DNA of 64,000 nt from an uncultured Gaiellales bacterium (GTDB taxonomy: Bacteria > Actinomycetota > Thermoleophilia > Gaiellales > Gaiellaceae): contig CAYGLV010000002.1 in NCBI GenBank assembly GCA_964351025.1, positions 20,454 to 84,453 of the forward strand, read 5' to 3'. Every line of letters begins with the position of its first letter. The first letter of the stretch is position 1. The notes beneath the pieces are model-generated. The model saw only the letters and a program-made list of their open reading frames with translations, did not search any database and was not told the DNA's origin. This document shows, in pieces, positions 9,820 to 18,667 of the stretch. Both the position numbers and the translations under genes were made by a program.

Positions 9820-10668
9820 TTGATCGTGCTCGTCGATCTCCACACACATCTCGGCGAGGCCCCCGAGCACATCAGCGAGCGGTTCGCGGCCGAGGCGCGG
9901 GCGGCGTGGGGAGCCGAGCTGAGGCTCGGGAGGACGCTCGACGAGCACTACGAGGCGACGCGCGGCGCCGACCGCGTCGTCGCGCTGGGGTTCTGCGCGC
10001 CGGCGTCCGGCTGGGTCGTCCCGAACGACTACGTGTCCGATTACGTCGCCCGCGACCCCGAGCGGCTGATCGGTTTCGGCTCGGTTGACCCGAACGACCC
10101 GGGCGCGCCGGAGGAGCTCGAGCGCATGCGGCAGGACCTCGGCTTGCGCGGCTGCAAGCTCGCTCCGATCTACCAGGACGCCGACCCGCTCGGCGAGGGG
10201 TTCCTGCGCGTGTGGGAGCGGCTCGAGCGGCTCGAGTTGCCGGCGCTCGTCCACCAGGGCACGACCTTCGTCCGGAACGGGCCGCTCCTGCACGCGCGGC
10301 CGGTGCTGCTCGACGAGGTCGCGCGCCGCTTTCCGCGGCTCGTGATCGTGATCGCCCACATGGGTCACCCGTGGGTGGAGGAGACCGTCGCCGTCATCCG
10401 CAAGCACCCGAACGTCTACGCGGACGTGTCGGCGCTCCATCCGCGGCCGTGGCAGCTCTACCAGGCGCTCGTGTGTGCCGTTGAGTACCGCGCCGAGCAC
10501 AAGCTGCTGTTCGGCTCCGACTGGCCATTCTTCACCGCCGACGAGACGATTCTCGGGCTGCGCGCGGTCAACGACGTCGTGGCCGGCACCGGGCTGCCGC
10601 GTATACCGGAGCAGGTCATCGAGGAGATCGTGCACCGCTCGTCGCTCGGGCTTCTCGGCCTGGATTAG
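9820..10668 (+). CDS. amidohydrolase-2 (PF04909-like) metal-dependent TIM-barrel hydrolase
   Basis: VDLHTHLG, IAHMGHPW, LFGSDWPF. The start may be TTG 9820 or GTG 9826. Confidence 0.75.
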   Translation: MIVLVDLHTHLGEAPEHISERFAAEARAAWGAELRLGRTLDEHYEATRGADRVVALGFCAPASGWVVPNDYVSDYVARDPERLIGFGSVDPNDPGAPEELERMRQDLGLRGCKLAPIYQDADPLGEGFLRVWERLERLELPALVHQGTTFVRNGPLLHARPVLLDEVARRFPRLVIVIAHMGHPWVEETVAVIRKHPNVYADVSALHPRPWQLYQALVCAVEYRAEHKLLFGSDWPFFTADETILGLRAVNDVVAGTGLPRIPEQVIEEIVHRSSLGLLGLD

Positions 10669-10679
10669 AGTCGCGCGGG

Positions 10680-11573
10680 CTACTGGGCGGGCTGCGGCGC
10701 GCCGGCCTCGGTCCACGCGGCCCAGACGGCGGCGACGCGGCGCTCGTCCTCCGCGTCGAGCGCTGCAAGCGGTGGCCGCGGGTCGCCGGCCGGAAAGCCG
10801 GCGAGCGCCATCGCGGCGCGGACGGCCGGCACGTTCTTCGCGGCGTCGTCCTCGGCCCGCAGCTGCTCGAACTCGCGCGCGAGCGCGCGCAGCTCGAGCG
10901 CTCGCGCGACGTCGTCCTCCCGGAGTGCCGCCTCCATCGCCACCGAGAGCCCCGGTGCCGCGTTGACGAGGCCCGACGTGAACCCGCGCGCGCCGAGCAG
11001 GTGGAAGAAGGGCGCCCAGAGCTCGGCCGTGCCGCAGATCCAGAGCGCGCCCGGCGCCGCCGCCTGTGAGCGCTCGAAACCCTGGAGATCGTTGACGGCG
11101 TACTTCACTCCGAGCACCGAGCCGTCCTGCGCGAGCGCGACGACCAGCTCGTCGGGGACGCGGTGGCTGCGCTTGTAGAGGAAGGCGTTGCCGCCGGCGG
11201 CGGCGGCGATCCGGCGATAGTACTCCTCGAGTCCGCGCCGGCCGACGTGCGTGTGCGCGGGATGGTGCACGAGCAACCCGTCTGCCCCCGCGTCGAGCAC
11301 GGCCGCGGTCAGCGCGAGCGCGTCGGTCAGCGGGCCTCCGACGCCGGCGAAGACGAGTGCGTCCGGCGCCGCCTCGCGCGTCGCACGGGTCACCGCGACG
11401 ACCTCCTCGGCCGTCAGGGACGAGAACTCGCCGGTGTTCCCGGCGGGAACGAGGCGCTCGACTCCGTTTGCGGCGAGGAAGGACACGTGTCTGCGGACGG
11501 CTTCGGTGTCGACGCCTCCGTCGGCAGCGAACGGCGTCACCGTTGTGGCCCAGAGGCCCATAAGATCTGGCAT
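10680..11573 (-). CDS. dihydrodipicolinate synthase (DapA) family lyase, paralogue 2
   Basis: WATTVTPF...VDTEAVRRHVSFLAANGVERLVPAGNTGEFSSLTAEE. Confidence 0.8.
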   Translation of the reverse strand: MPDLMGLWATTVTPFAADGGVDTEAVRRHVSFLAANGVERLVPAGNTGEFSSLTAEEVVAVTRATREAAPDALVFAGVGGPLTDALALTAAVLDAGADGLLVHHPAHTHVGRRGLEEYYRRIAAAAGGNAFLYKRSHRVPDELVVALAQDGSVLGVKYAVNDLQGFERSQAAAPGALWICGTAELWAPFFHLLGARGFTSGLVNAAPGLSVAMEAALREDDVARALELRALAREFEQLRAEDDAAKNVPAVRAAMALAGFPAGDPRPPLAALDAEDERRVAAVWAAWTEAGAPQPAQ

Positions 11574-11602
11574 CCAGTCTCCCTCTCAGGAGGTCCTTCG
11601 AC

Positions 11603-12532
11603 GTGCAGCGGATTCCCCGCGAACAGGCCCTAGTCTACGGCTTCGACGCGTCGCTCCAGCCCGCCCTCAAGGTGGCGCAGGGCGAGGCGTTCGCGGTCGA
11701 GACCGAGGACGCATCCTCAGGGCTACTCACGGCTGGCGACCGGCCGCCGACGGCAGAGAACGTGCCGTACGTGCGGCACTCACCGGCGCGGGCGAACCCG
11801 GTCGGGGGCCCCGTCTACGTCGAGGGTGTGCCGCCTGGGCGCGTGCGGGTCGAGGTCCGGGCCGTCGAGGTCGCACCGACCGGCGTCGCCTACAACCGGC
11901 CGGTGCTCTCGCCGCTCGGAGACGTCGCGAGCTGGCCGGAGGCGCGCGAGGAGTTCACCGAGCTCGTGGAGCACGGCGACGGCGAGGCGCGCATAGGCCG
12001 GTTGCGCTGGCCTCTCGCCCCGATGATCGGGACGCTCGCGTGCGCGCCGGAGTGGGAGGTGCGCGCGAGCTCCGTCGGGCAGGGGCCGTGGGGCGGAAAC
12101 CTCGACGTTCTCGACGTCCGTCCGGGCGCCGTCGTCACGCTCAACGCATACCACGAGGGCGCGCTGCTGTTCGTCGGCGACGTCCACGGCTGCCAGGGCG
12201 ACGGCGAGTACTTCGGCGTCGCCGACGAGTCGCGCGCCGAGGTCGTCCTTGCGGCACGCGCCGCCGACGGCCCGCCGCTGCCGGCGCCCCGCGTCGAGAC
12301 GCCCGAGACGATCGTCGCGCTCGGCATCGACAAGCCGCTCGAGGCCGCTGCCCACGCGGCGATCCGCCACCTGATGGACTGGCTCGTCGACGAGCACGGC
12401 TACGGGAAGCGCGAGGCCTACCTGACCGTCGGGCTGAACCCCGACTTCCGGCTGCGCGTCTACCAGATGACCGCGATCCGTGACCTCTCGTTCGTCGTGG
12501 GTGCCTCGCTACCGCGAGCGTACGTCGAATGA
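11603..12532 (+). CDS. acetamidase/formamidase (FmdA_AmdA) family protein
   Basis: NPVGGPVYVEG, GGNLD, FVGDVHGCQGDGE. GTG start. Confidence 0.75.
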   Translation: MQRIPREQALVYGFDASLQPALKVAQGEAFAVETEDASSGLLTAGDRPPTAENVPYVRHSPARANPVGGPVYVEGVPPGRVRVEVRAVEVAPTGVAYNRPVLSPLGDVASWPEAREEFTELVEHGDGEARIGRLRWPLAPMIGTLACAPEWEVRASSVGQGPWGGNLDVLDVRPGAVVTLNAYHEGALLFVGDVHGCQGDGEYFGVADESRAEVVLAARAADGPPLPAPRVETPETIVALGIDKPLEAAAHAAIRHLMDWLVDEHGYGKREAYLTVGLNPDFRLRVYQMTAIRDLSFVVGASLPRAYVE

Positions 12533-13347
12533 CGCTGCCCGAGCGCGCCGTCGTCGTCGCGCTGCTGACGCCGTACCGGCCCGACGGCTCGGTCGACCTC
12601 GACGCGCTCGCGCGCCACGTCGAGCAGCTCGTCGAAGCGGGCGTGGACGGACTGATGCCGGCGGGCACGACGGGCGAAGGGGCGCTGCTCGACGAGGACG
12701 AGATCCTCGCCGTCGTCGAGGTGACTCTCCGCGCGTCTGCGGGCGCGGCGCCTGTGCTCGCGCACGTCGGTCGGCCGGCGACCGCCGCGACGGTCCGCCT
12801 GCTGCGCCGTGCGGTCGAGGCGGGCGCGGACATGCTCTCCGCTGTCGTGCCCTACTACTACGGCCTCGACGACCGGCAGGTGGTCGCGCACTACGAGGTG
12901 CTGCTCGAGGCCGCGGGGACCACGCCCCTGTTTGCCTACACCATCCCGGACCGGGCGCGCAACGAGCTCTCGGCCGCGGCGGTGCGTGAGCTCGCAATCG
13001 TCGGGCTTGCCGGTGTGAAGGACTCGACGAAGTCGCTCGAGCAGCACCGCGAGTACCTGGCCTGCGGCGTGCCGGTGCTGATGGGCTCCGACGGGCTCGT
13101 CTTCCAGGCGCTCGAGCTCGGCGCGGCCGGCTGCATCTCGGCGATTGCGAACCTGCGACCGGACCTGCTGCTCGAGCTCGCCCGCGCGTCGCGCGAGGGC
13201 CGGCCGGAAGACGCCGAGCAGCTCCAGGGCGCTGTCTCGGAGCTGCGGGCCGAGCTTGCGCGGGAGCCTGCGCTCGTCGCGCTCAAGCGCGGCGTGGCCG
13301 CGCGCGTCCCCGGGTACGCGGCCGACGTCAGGCGGCCCCTCGGATGA
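12529..13347 (+). CDS. dihydrodipicolinate synthase (DapA) family lyase, paralogue 3
   Basis: VVALLTPY...VDLDALARHVEQLVEAGVDGLMPAGTTGEGALLDEDE. ATGA overlap with the formamidase gene. Confidence 0.8.
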   Translation: MTLPERAVVVALLTPYRPDGSVDLDALARHVEQLVEAGVDGLMPAGTTGEGALLDEDEILAVVEVTLRASAGAAPVLAHVGRPATAATVRLLRRAVEAGADMLSAVVPYYYGLDDRQVVAHYEVLLEAAGTTPLFAYTIPDRARNELSAAAVRELAIVGLAGVKDSTKSLEQHREYLACGVPVLMGSDGLVFQALELGAAGCISAIANLRPDLLLELARASREGRPEDAEQLQGAVSELRAELAREPALVALKRGVAARVPGYAADVRRPLG

Positions 13348-14273
13348 AGGCTCTCACCGTCGGCGAGTCGATGGCGCTCCTCGACCCCGTCGCCGGCGGG
13401 CGTCCGACCGTGGGGGCGACCCTCACCCTGCGGGTGGCGGGCGCCGAGTCGAACTTCGCCGTCGGGCTCGTGCGGCTCGGCATCGACGTGGCATGGGCGT
13501 CGCGCGTCGGGCGGGACGCGCTCGGCGACGCCCTCCTCGACGCGCTCGGCACAGAGGGGATCGACCTGAGTCTCGTGCGGCGGGACGACAGCGCCCCAAC
13601 CGGCCTGTTCCTCAAGTGGCGGGACCGCGGCAGGAGCCACGTCGCGTACTACCGCCGTGGCAGCGCCGCCTGCGGGATCGAGCCCGCAGACGTGCCGGAC
13701 GAGGCGCTGGAGGGCGTCGCGCTCGTCCACCTGACCGGGATCACGATGGCCCTCTCGGACACGGCGCGGGCGCTCGTGGTCGACCTCGCCGCGCGTGCCT
13801 CCGCGCGCGGCATCACCGTGCTCTTCGATCCGAACTGGCGCCCGGCGCTGTGGTCGGGCCCCGCGGAGGCGGCGGCCGCCCACGGCGAGGTGCTGCCGCA
13901 CGTCGACTGGTACCTCTGCGGGTCGGAGGAGGGACGCCTGCTCTTCGGCACCGAGACCGACGAGCAGACGCTCGAGGCTGCGTGCGCCGCCGGGGCCGGC
14001 GACGCCGTGGTCCGCATCGGCGAACGCGGTGCCCTCGTCCGCCGCGACGGCCGGATCGTCACCGTTCCGCCCCGACGCGTCGTCGACGTCCGCGACGAAG
14101 TCGGCGCCGGGGATGCCTTCGCGGCCGGCTTCGCCTACGGCCTGCTGCACGGAGGCTCTGTGGAGGCGTGCGCCGCCGCCGGGAACACCATCGCCGCGAC
14201 GGCGCTGGCGGGTACCGGCGACTGGGAGACGCTGCCGCGTCTCGAGGACGTGCGCGGCGAGCTCGAGCTCTAG
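13344..14273 (+). CDS. PfkB-family sugar kinase (2-dehydro-3-deoxygluconokinase-like)
   Basis: GAESNFAVGLVRLG N-terminal motif and C-terminal DEVGAGDAFAAGF motif. ATGA overlap with the upstream gene. Confidence 0.8.
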   Translation: MKALTVGESMALLDPVAGGRPTVGATLTLRVAGAESNFAVGLVRLGIDVAWASRVGRDALGDALLDALGTEGIDLSLVRRDDSAPTGLFLKWRDRGRSHVAYYRRGSAACGIEPADVPDEALEGVALVHLTGITMALSDTARALVVDLAARASARGITVLFDPNWRPALWSGPAEAAAAHGEVLPHVDWYLCGSEEGRLLFGTETDEQTLEAACAAGAGDAVVRIGERGALVRRDGRIVTVPPRRVVDVRDEVGAGDAFAAGFAYGLLHGGSVEACAAAGNTIAATALAGTGDWETLPRLEDVRGELEL

Positions 14274-15757
14274 CCCGGGGCTGCCGCCGTCTCCCTGTGC
14301 GCGTACGTGCCGAACCACGGCCGCAGCTGCTCGAACACGGCGCTGGCGGTGAGCAGGTCGGCGTCCGCGTGGCGCTTCCCGATGAGCTGCATGCCGACCG
14401 GCAACCCCTCCTCGGTAAGTCCGGCCGGAATCGACGCCGACGGGTGGCCCGAGAAGTTCGTGAAGTACGTCATGCACCAGCCGATCAGCGGGTCGACCTC
14501 CACGCCGTTGATCTGGCGTGGGCCGACCGTGTTGCCGTCGTCGGTGTTCTTCACCGCCACGTCGGCGACCGTCGGCGTCACGAGCAGGTCGTAGTCGGCG
14601 AAGACGGCCTGGATCGCGTCGTAGATCTCGGTGCGCATCTGGTGGTCGCGCGCCAGGTCAGGCAGGCCCCAGGTGTAGGCCTCGTCGACCCAGCGCAGGT
14701 ACTCGGGCGGGAAGTCGTCCCGGTGGTCGCCGATCAGGTCGAGGCCGTTCGCCTTGAAGCCCTCGAGCGTCTCGATGTTCGGCCACATGACCAACCGGCA
14801 CCAGAGGTCGCTCAGCTCGCGCTGGTCGCGCTGGATTCCGAGCGAGACCTCCTCGACTGTCGCTCCCGCTTCCTCGAAGGCGCGTACTGCGCTCGCGACG
14901 GTCTCCGCCACGCGCCCGTCGACGGGGTAGACGTCGAAGTTCGGGCTGTAGGCGATGCGCCAGCCCTCGACGGACCCGCGTAGCGCTGCGGCGAAGTCGA
15001 CCTGCTCGTCCAGGCTGTACGGGTCGCGCGGGTCGTAGCCGGAGAGCGCGGTGAGCGCCAGCGCGGCGTCCTCCACCGTGCGCGTGATCGGCCCCTCGAA
15101 GAGGAAGGGGAACGTGCCGGTGAAGCCGCCGGGGCGGATGACCATCGGGACGCGACCCCACGACGCCTGGTAGCCGTAGACGCCGCACCAGGCCGCGGGG
15201 ATGCGGATCGAGCCGCCGGCGTCGGTGCCCTCCGCGAACGGCACGAGCCCGTCGGCGACGGCGGCCGCGCTGCCGCCGGACGAGCCGCCCGAGTTTCGTG
15301 ACAGGTCGAACGGGTTGCAGGTCGGCCCGAACAGGAAGTTGTCACAGGTGCCGCGGAAGCCCATCGTCGGGCTGTTCGTCTTGCCGAGGATGATTGCTCC
15401 GGCGCGCTCGACCCGCTCGGCGAAAACGCAATGGAAATCCGTCGTGAAGGTCTTCAGCGCCCTCACGCCCCCAAGCGTCGCCGGCCAGCCGGGCTTGAAG
15501 TCGAAGAGGTCCTTGATCGCGGTCGGGACACCGTGGAGCGGGCCCACCTCCTCGCCGGCGGCGAGTGCGCGCTCCGCTTCCTGCGCCGCTTGCCGCGCCT
15601 CGTCGAAGCCGAGGTGGATGAAGGCGTTCAGGCGCCCGTTGCGCGCCTCGATCCGCTCGATCGCGCCGTCGACCACCTCGACCGGCGACAGCTCGCGACT
15701 CCGGATCCGTGCTGCGAGCTCCGCCGCGCTCACGTATGCCAGCTCGTCCTGCGCCAT
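14270..15757 (-). CDS. amidase-signature (GatA-like) amidase
   Basis: GGSSGGSAAAVA and GTDAGGSIRIPAAWCG signature. ATG at 15757 preceded by GGAGAGGGGG. Confidence 0.85.
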   Translation of the reverse strand: MAQDELAYVSAAELAARIRSRELSPVEVVDGAIERIEARNGRLNAFIHLGFDEARQAAQEAERALAAGEEVGPLHGVPTAIKDLFDFKPGWPATLGGVRALKTFTTDFHCVFAERVERAGAIILGKTNSPTMGFRGTCDNFLFGPTCNPFDLSRNSGGSSGGSAAAVADGLVPFAEGTDAGGSIRIPAAWCGVYGYQASWGRVPMVIRPGGFTGTFPFLFEGPITRTVEDAALALTALSGYDPRDPYSLDEQVDFAAALRGSVEGWRIAYSPNFDVYPVDGRVAETVASAVRAFEEAGATVEEVSLGIQRDQRELSDLWCRLVMWPNIETLEGFKANGLDLIGDHRDDFPPEYLRWVDEAYTWGLPDLARDHQMRTEIYDAIQAVFADYDLLVTPTVADVAVKNTDDGNTVGPRQINGVEVDPLIGWCMTYFTNFSGHPSASIPAGLTEEGLPVGMQLIGKRHADADLLTASAVFEQLRPWFGTYAHRETAAAPG

Positions 15758-15871
15758 GACGCCCCCTCTCCTTCGGGATTGTGTTGCGATCCTAATACCC
15801 GGCGATGCGGCGGAGCGACCTGATCGTCTCGCGCCCACCGCCCGCGAACGGCGCTGCCGGTCGCCACATAG

Positions 15872-15897
15872 AAAAGCCCCACCGGGGCGGGGCTTTT
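15872..15897 (-). terminator. Rho-independent-type terminator hairpin just 3' of rnpB
   Basis: AAAAGCCCC...GGGGCTTTT inverted repeat. On the minus strand the stem is followed by UUUUC. Confidence 0.6.
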
Positions 15898-15900
15898 CCG

Positions 15901-16224
<324 letters not shown>

Positions 16225-16236
16225 AAAGTGTAGCGC

Positions 16237-16431
16237 CTAGCCGGCGTTCGACACGTGCGCGGTCCCGGCTGCGGCCCCCTCTGCGCGCAGTTCGCAGCCG
16301 CACTCGAGGCAGGCGATCGCGTCGGCGCGGTGGAGCAGGAACTCGCCGCAGACGAGGCATTCGAGGCTCGCGCCGCGGGCGATCGCGGCGAGCTCCTGGT
16401 CGAGCGTGCGGCTGAGGGCGACGAGGGTCAC
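16237..16431 (-). CDS. small zinc-ribbon protein (64 aa), translationally coupled to lexA
   Basis: Its GTG at 16431 overlaps the lexA TGA (GTGA). CLVC...CLEC(GC) double CxxC. All but four codons end in G/C by hand count. The + strand ORF opposite it has the antisense phase pattern. Confidence 0.6.
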   Translation of the reverse strand: MTLVALSRTLDQELAAIARGASLECLVCGEFLLHRADAIACLECGCELRAEGAAAGTAHVSNAG

Positions 16432-17054
16432 CGGAGGCTCCGGAACACCCCGATCACCTTGCCCAGGATCTGGACGTGATCGGCGTAGATCGGCTCGAGT
16501 GCGTCGTTCTCGGGCTGCAGGCGGACGCGGCCGTCCTCGCGGTAGAACGTCTTGACCGTCGCCTCGTCGGCGGCCTCGTCGTCGCCGGCGAGCGCGACCA
16601 CGATGTCGCCGTTGCCAGCGTCGCTCTGTCTGCGGACAACGAGTGTGTCCCCGTCGAGGATCCCCGCCTGGACCATCGAGTCGCCCTTGACGCGGAGTAG
16701 GAAGTCGGCGCTGCCAAAGAGCGGCTCGGGCACGGGAACCTGCTCTTCGACATCTTGCTCGGCGAGGAGCGGGCCGCCGGCGGCGATGCGGCCCAGGAGC
16801 GGCAGATGCTGAACGGCGGGGGCCTCCGCCCGCTGCTGCTCGCGGCGGTGGCCGACGAGGTCGAGCGCCCGCGGCTTGGTCGGGTCGCGCTTGATCAACC
16901 CGGCCCGTTCGAGGTTGGCGAGGTGGGCGTGGACGGTGGACGGCGAGGCGAGCCCGACCGCCACACCGATCTCGCGCACCGTCGGCGGGTAGCCGTGGCT
17001 GCCGACGTAGTCGACGAGGAACTGCCAGATCTCCTGCTGTCGTGCCGTGAGCAT
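16428..17054 (-). CDS. lexA: LexA repressor
   Basis: wHTH region PPTVREIG...STVHAHLANLE, AAGG cleavage site, KGDSM catalytic Ser. GGAGG RBS before the ATG at 17054. Confidence 0.95.
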   Translation of the reverse strand: MLTARQQEIWQFLVDYVGSHGYPPTVREIGVAVGLASPSTVHAHLANLERAGLIKRDPTKPRALDLVGHRREQQRAEAPAVQHLPLLGRIAAGGPLLAEQDVEEQVPVPEPLFGSADFLLRVKGDSMVQAGILDGDTLVVRRQSDAGNGDIVVALAGDDEAADEATVKTFYREDGRVRLQPENDALEPIYADHVQILGKVIGVFRSLR

Positions 17055-17086
17055 TCCGCCTCCAGGGTCGCGGACGTGTGTTCCGA

Positions 17087-17100
17087 CGAACGTATGTTCG
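17087..17100. promoter_or_regulatory. SOS (Cheo-type LexA) box CGAACGTATGTTCG in the lexA/secG divergent region
   Basis: Perfect CGAAC-N4-GTTCG palindrome 33 nt upstream of the lexA ATG. An overlapping GTTC-N4-GAAC lies at 17080-17091. Confidence 0.85.
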
Positions 17101-17170
17101 CAGCCCAGGGTAGAACTCCTTCCGGACGGCGTCAAGGGCGGAACCCGGCCGCTGCTATCCTGCGCCCGCC

Positions 17171-17392
17171 ATGATCCAGACGTTCGCAGTCATCCAGGTG
17201 CTCCTCTCCGTCGCGACGGTCGGGCTCGTGCTCATGCACTCGGGCCGCGACGCGGGCATGGGTGGCATGGGCTTCACGCCCGCCTCGCAGGGCGGCACGC
17301 ACATCGTCGAGCGGAACCTCACGCGCCTGACGATCGCAGTCGCGATCCTGTTCTTCCTGAACACGATCGTGCTCTTCCGGCTGCTCGCCTAG
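17171..17392 (+). CDS. secG: preprotein translocase subunit SecG
   Basis: 73 aa, two TM helices flanking LMHSGRDAGMGGMG. Confidence 0.8.
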   Translation: MIQTFAVIQVLLSVATVGLVLMHSGRDAGMGGMGFTPASQGGTHIVERNLTRLTIAVAILFFLNTIVLFRLLA

Positions 17393-18336
17393 CGGGCGGC
17401 ACGGTCGAACGCGCGGAGCGACATCTCGAGCTCCTCCGCTACGACGCCGCGCCCGATGAAGACGAGTCGCGAGCGCCGGTCCTCGTCGGGCCACTCGTCG
17501 AGGTGCAGCGGTGGATGCACGGCGTGCTGGACGCAGCTGACGAGCACGGGGCCGTCGCCGCCGACGTTGAGGAACCCCTTCACCCGCAGGATGTCCTCGC
17601 CGCGCGCCTGAAGCAGCATCGTCAGCCAGAGGCCGAACGCCATCCAGTCGATCTCCTCCAGGAAGAGGACGCACGAGCGCACGTCGTGCCCGTGGTGGGC
17701 GTTGCCGTGCTCGAGCTTGTGCTCCAGATCGCGTGGGTCGCGGAGTGCGCCGTCGAAGAGCCAGTCGGGCGCGACCTCGCCGAACGCGGCCGCTCGAATC
17801 TGCGCCGTGGGGTTCAGGTGCGCCAGTTGCGCTTCGAGCTCCACCCGGGTTTCGGGGCCGGCAATGTCGGCCTTCGTGAGCACGAGCCGGTCTGCGACCG
17901 CGACCTGCTTGACAGATTCGGGGCCGCGGAGCCCGTGGACGCCGTCGACGGTGGCAACGACGCTCTCGAGCTCGTAGTGGTGGCGCACGACCGGGTCGGA
18001 GAGGAGGGTCATCACGATCGGCACGGGGTCTGCGACTCCGGTCGTCTCGACGACGACACGCTTGAAATGCGGCACCTCCTTTGCGTCACGCCGGTCGAGC
18101 AGGTCGCGCAGCTCGTCCACGAGATCACCGCGGAGAACGCAGCAGACGCACCCGCTCGAGAGCAGCACGGTGCGCTCGTCGACGCGGCGCAGCAGGTGGT
18201 GGTCGATCCCGATTTCGCCGAGCTCGTTCACAATCACGGCCGTCTCTCCCATGCCGGGATGCTCGAGCAGCCGGGAGATGAGAGTCGTCTTGCCGCTGCC
18301 GAGGAAGCCGGTGACGAGGACGACCGGGGTCTTCAC
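17389..18336 (-). CDS. COG0523 (CobW/HypB/UreG-type) GTP-binding metallochaperone
   Basis: VTGFLGSGKTTL P-loop, GCVCCVLRGDL metal motif, LTKADI, His-rich HGNAHHGH. Its GTG at 18336 overlaps the upstream TGA. Confidence 0.85.
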   Translation of the reverse strand: MKTPVVLVTGFLGSGKTTLISRLLEHPGMGETAVIVNELGEIGIDHHLLRRVDERTVLLSSGCVCCVLRGDLVDELRDLLDRRDAKEVPHFKRVVVETTGVADPVPIVMTLLSDPVVRHHYELESVVATVDGVHGLRGPESVKQVAVADRLVLTKADIAGPETRVELEAQLAHLNPTAQIRAAAFGEVAPDWLFDGALRDPRDLEHKLEHGNAHHGHDVRSCVLFLEEIDWMAFGLWLTMLLQARGEDILRVKGFLNVGGDGPVLVSCVQHAVHPPLHLDEWPDEDRRSRLVFIGRGVVAEELEMSLRAFDRAAR

Positions 18337-18611
18337 CGGCCGAGCTCTGCGACGAGCTCCGCATCGAGCGGGTCGAGCGTCCGCCCGAGGAGCCTCTCGG
18401 CCTCGCTCCACACGCTGCCGAGATCCCGCACGACGGCGGAGGCGCCCTTCTTGTCATGCAGGACGTAGAGCCCGCCCGCCCAGTCCGTGAGCGACAGCCC
18501 GAAGTGGCCGAGCACGCGGTCGAGGAGCACGACGCGGAACATCCGAGCCCGCCGCCCGCCGTCCTGCTCGGCCCAGTGCTCGTTCAGGATGACACTGCAG
18601 AGAGCGCACAC
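18333..18611 (-). CDS. hypothetical 92-aa protein with N-terminal CxxC, coupled to the COG0523 gene
   Basis: GTG start at 18611 with AAGGGA upstream. (M)[12 protein letters not shown]... G/C-ending codons throughout. GTGA overlap with the downstream COG0523 gene. Confidence 0.55.
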   Translation of the reverse strand: MCALCSVILNEHWAEQDGGRRARMFRVVLLDRVLGHFGLSLTDWAGGLYVLHDKKGASAVVRDLGSVWSEAERLLGRTLDPLDAELVAELGR

Positions 18612-18667
18612 TAGAGTCCCTTTGTAGCAGCACGAGCTCGCAAAGCACCGACAGCGGAGGTTTCTTG

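Noticed and set aside
15758-15870. A possible GatC/AtzG-like mini-ORF upstream of the first amidase (14270..15757), by analogy with 58439..58612.
   Set aside because: The only candidate is a 25-codon frame (MWRPAAPFAGGGRETIRSLRRIAGY). It has no coupling to the amidase start and no helical GatC-like character.
16255-16479. A 74-aa + strand ORF opposite the lexA-coupled zinc-ribbon ORF.
   Set aside because: Its codon first positions coincide with the G/C-rich third positions of the minus-strand frame, which is the antisense phase signature. It has no start context or motifs.
18612-18667. A Zur-type operator expected near a COG0523 gene.
   Set aside because: No AT-rich Zur-like palindrome is present. 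There is only a weak CTTTG...CAAAG 5-bp inverted repeat, which is insufficient to call.
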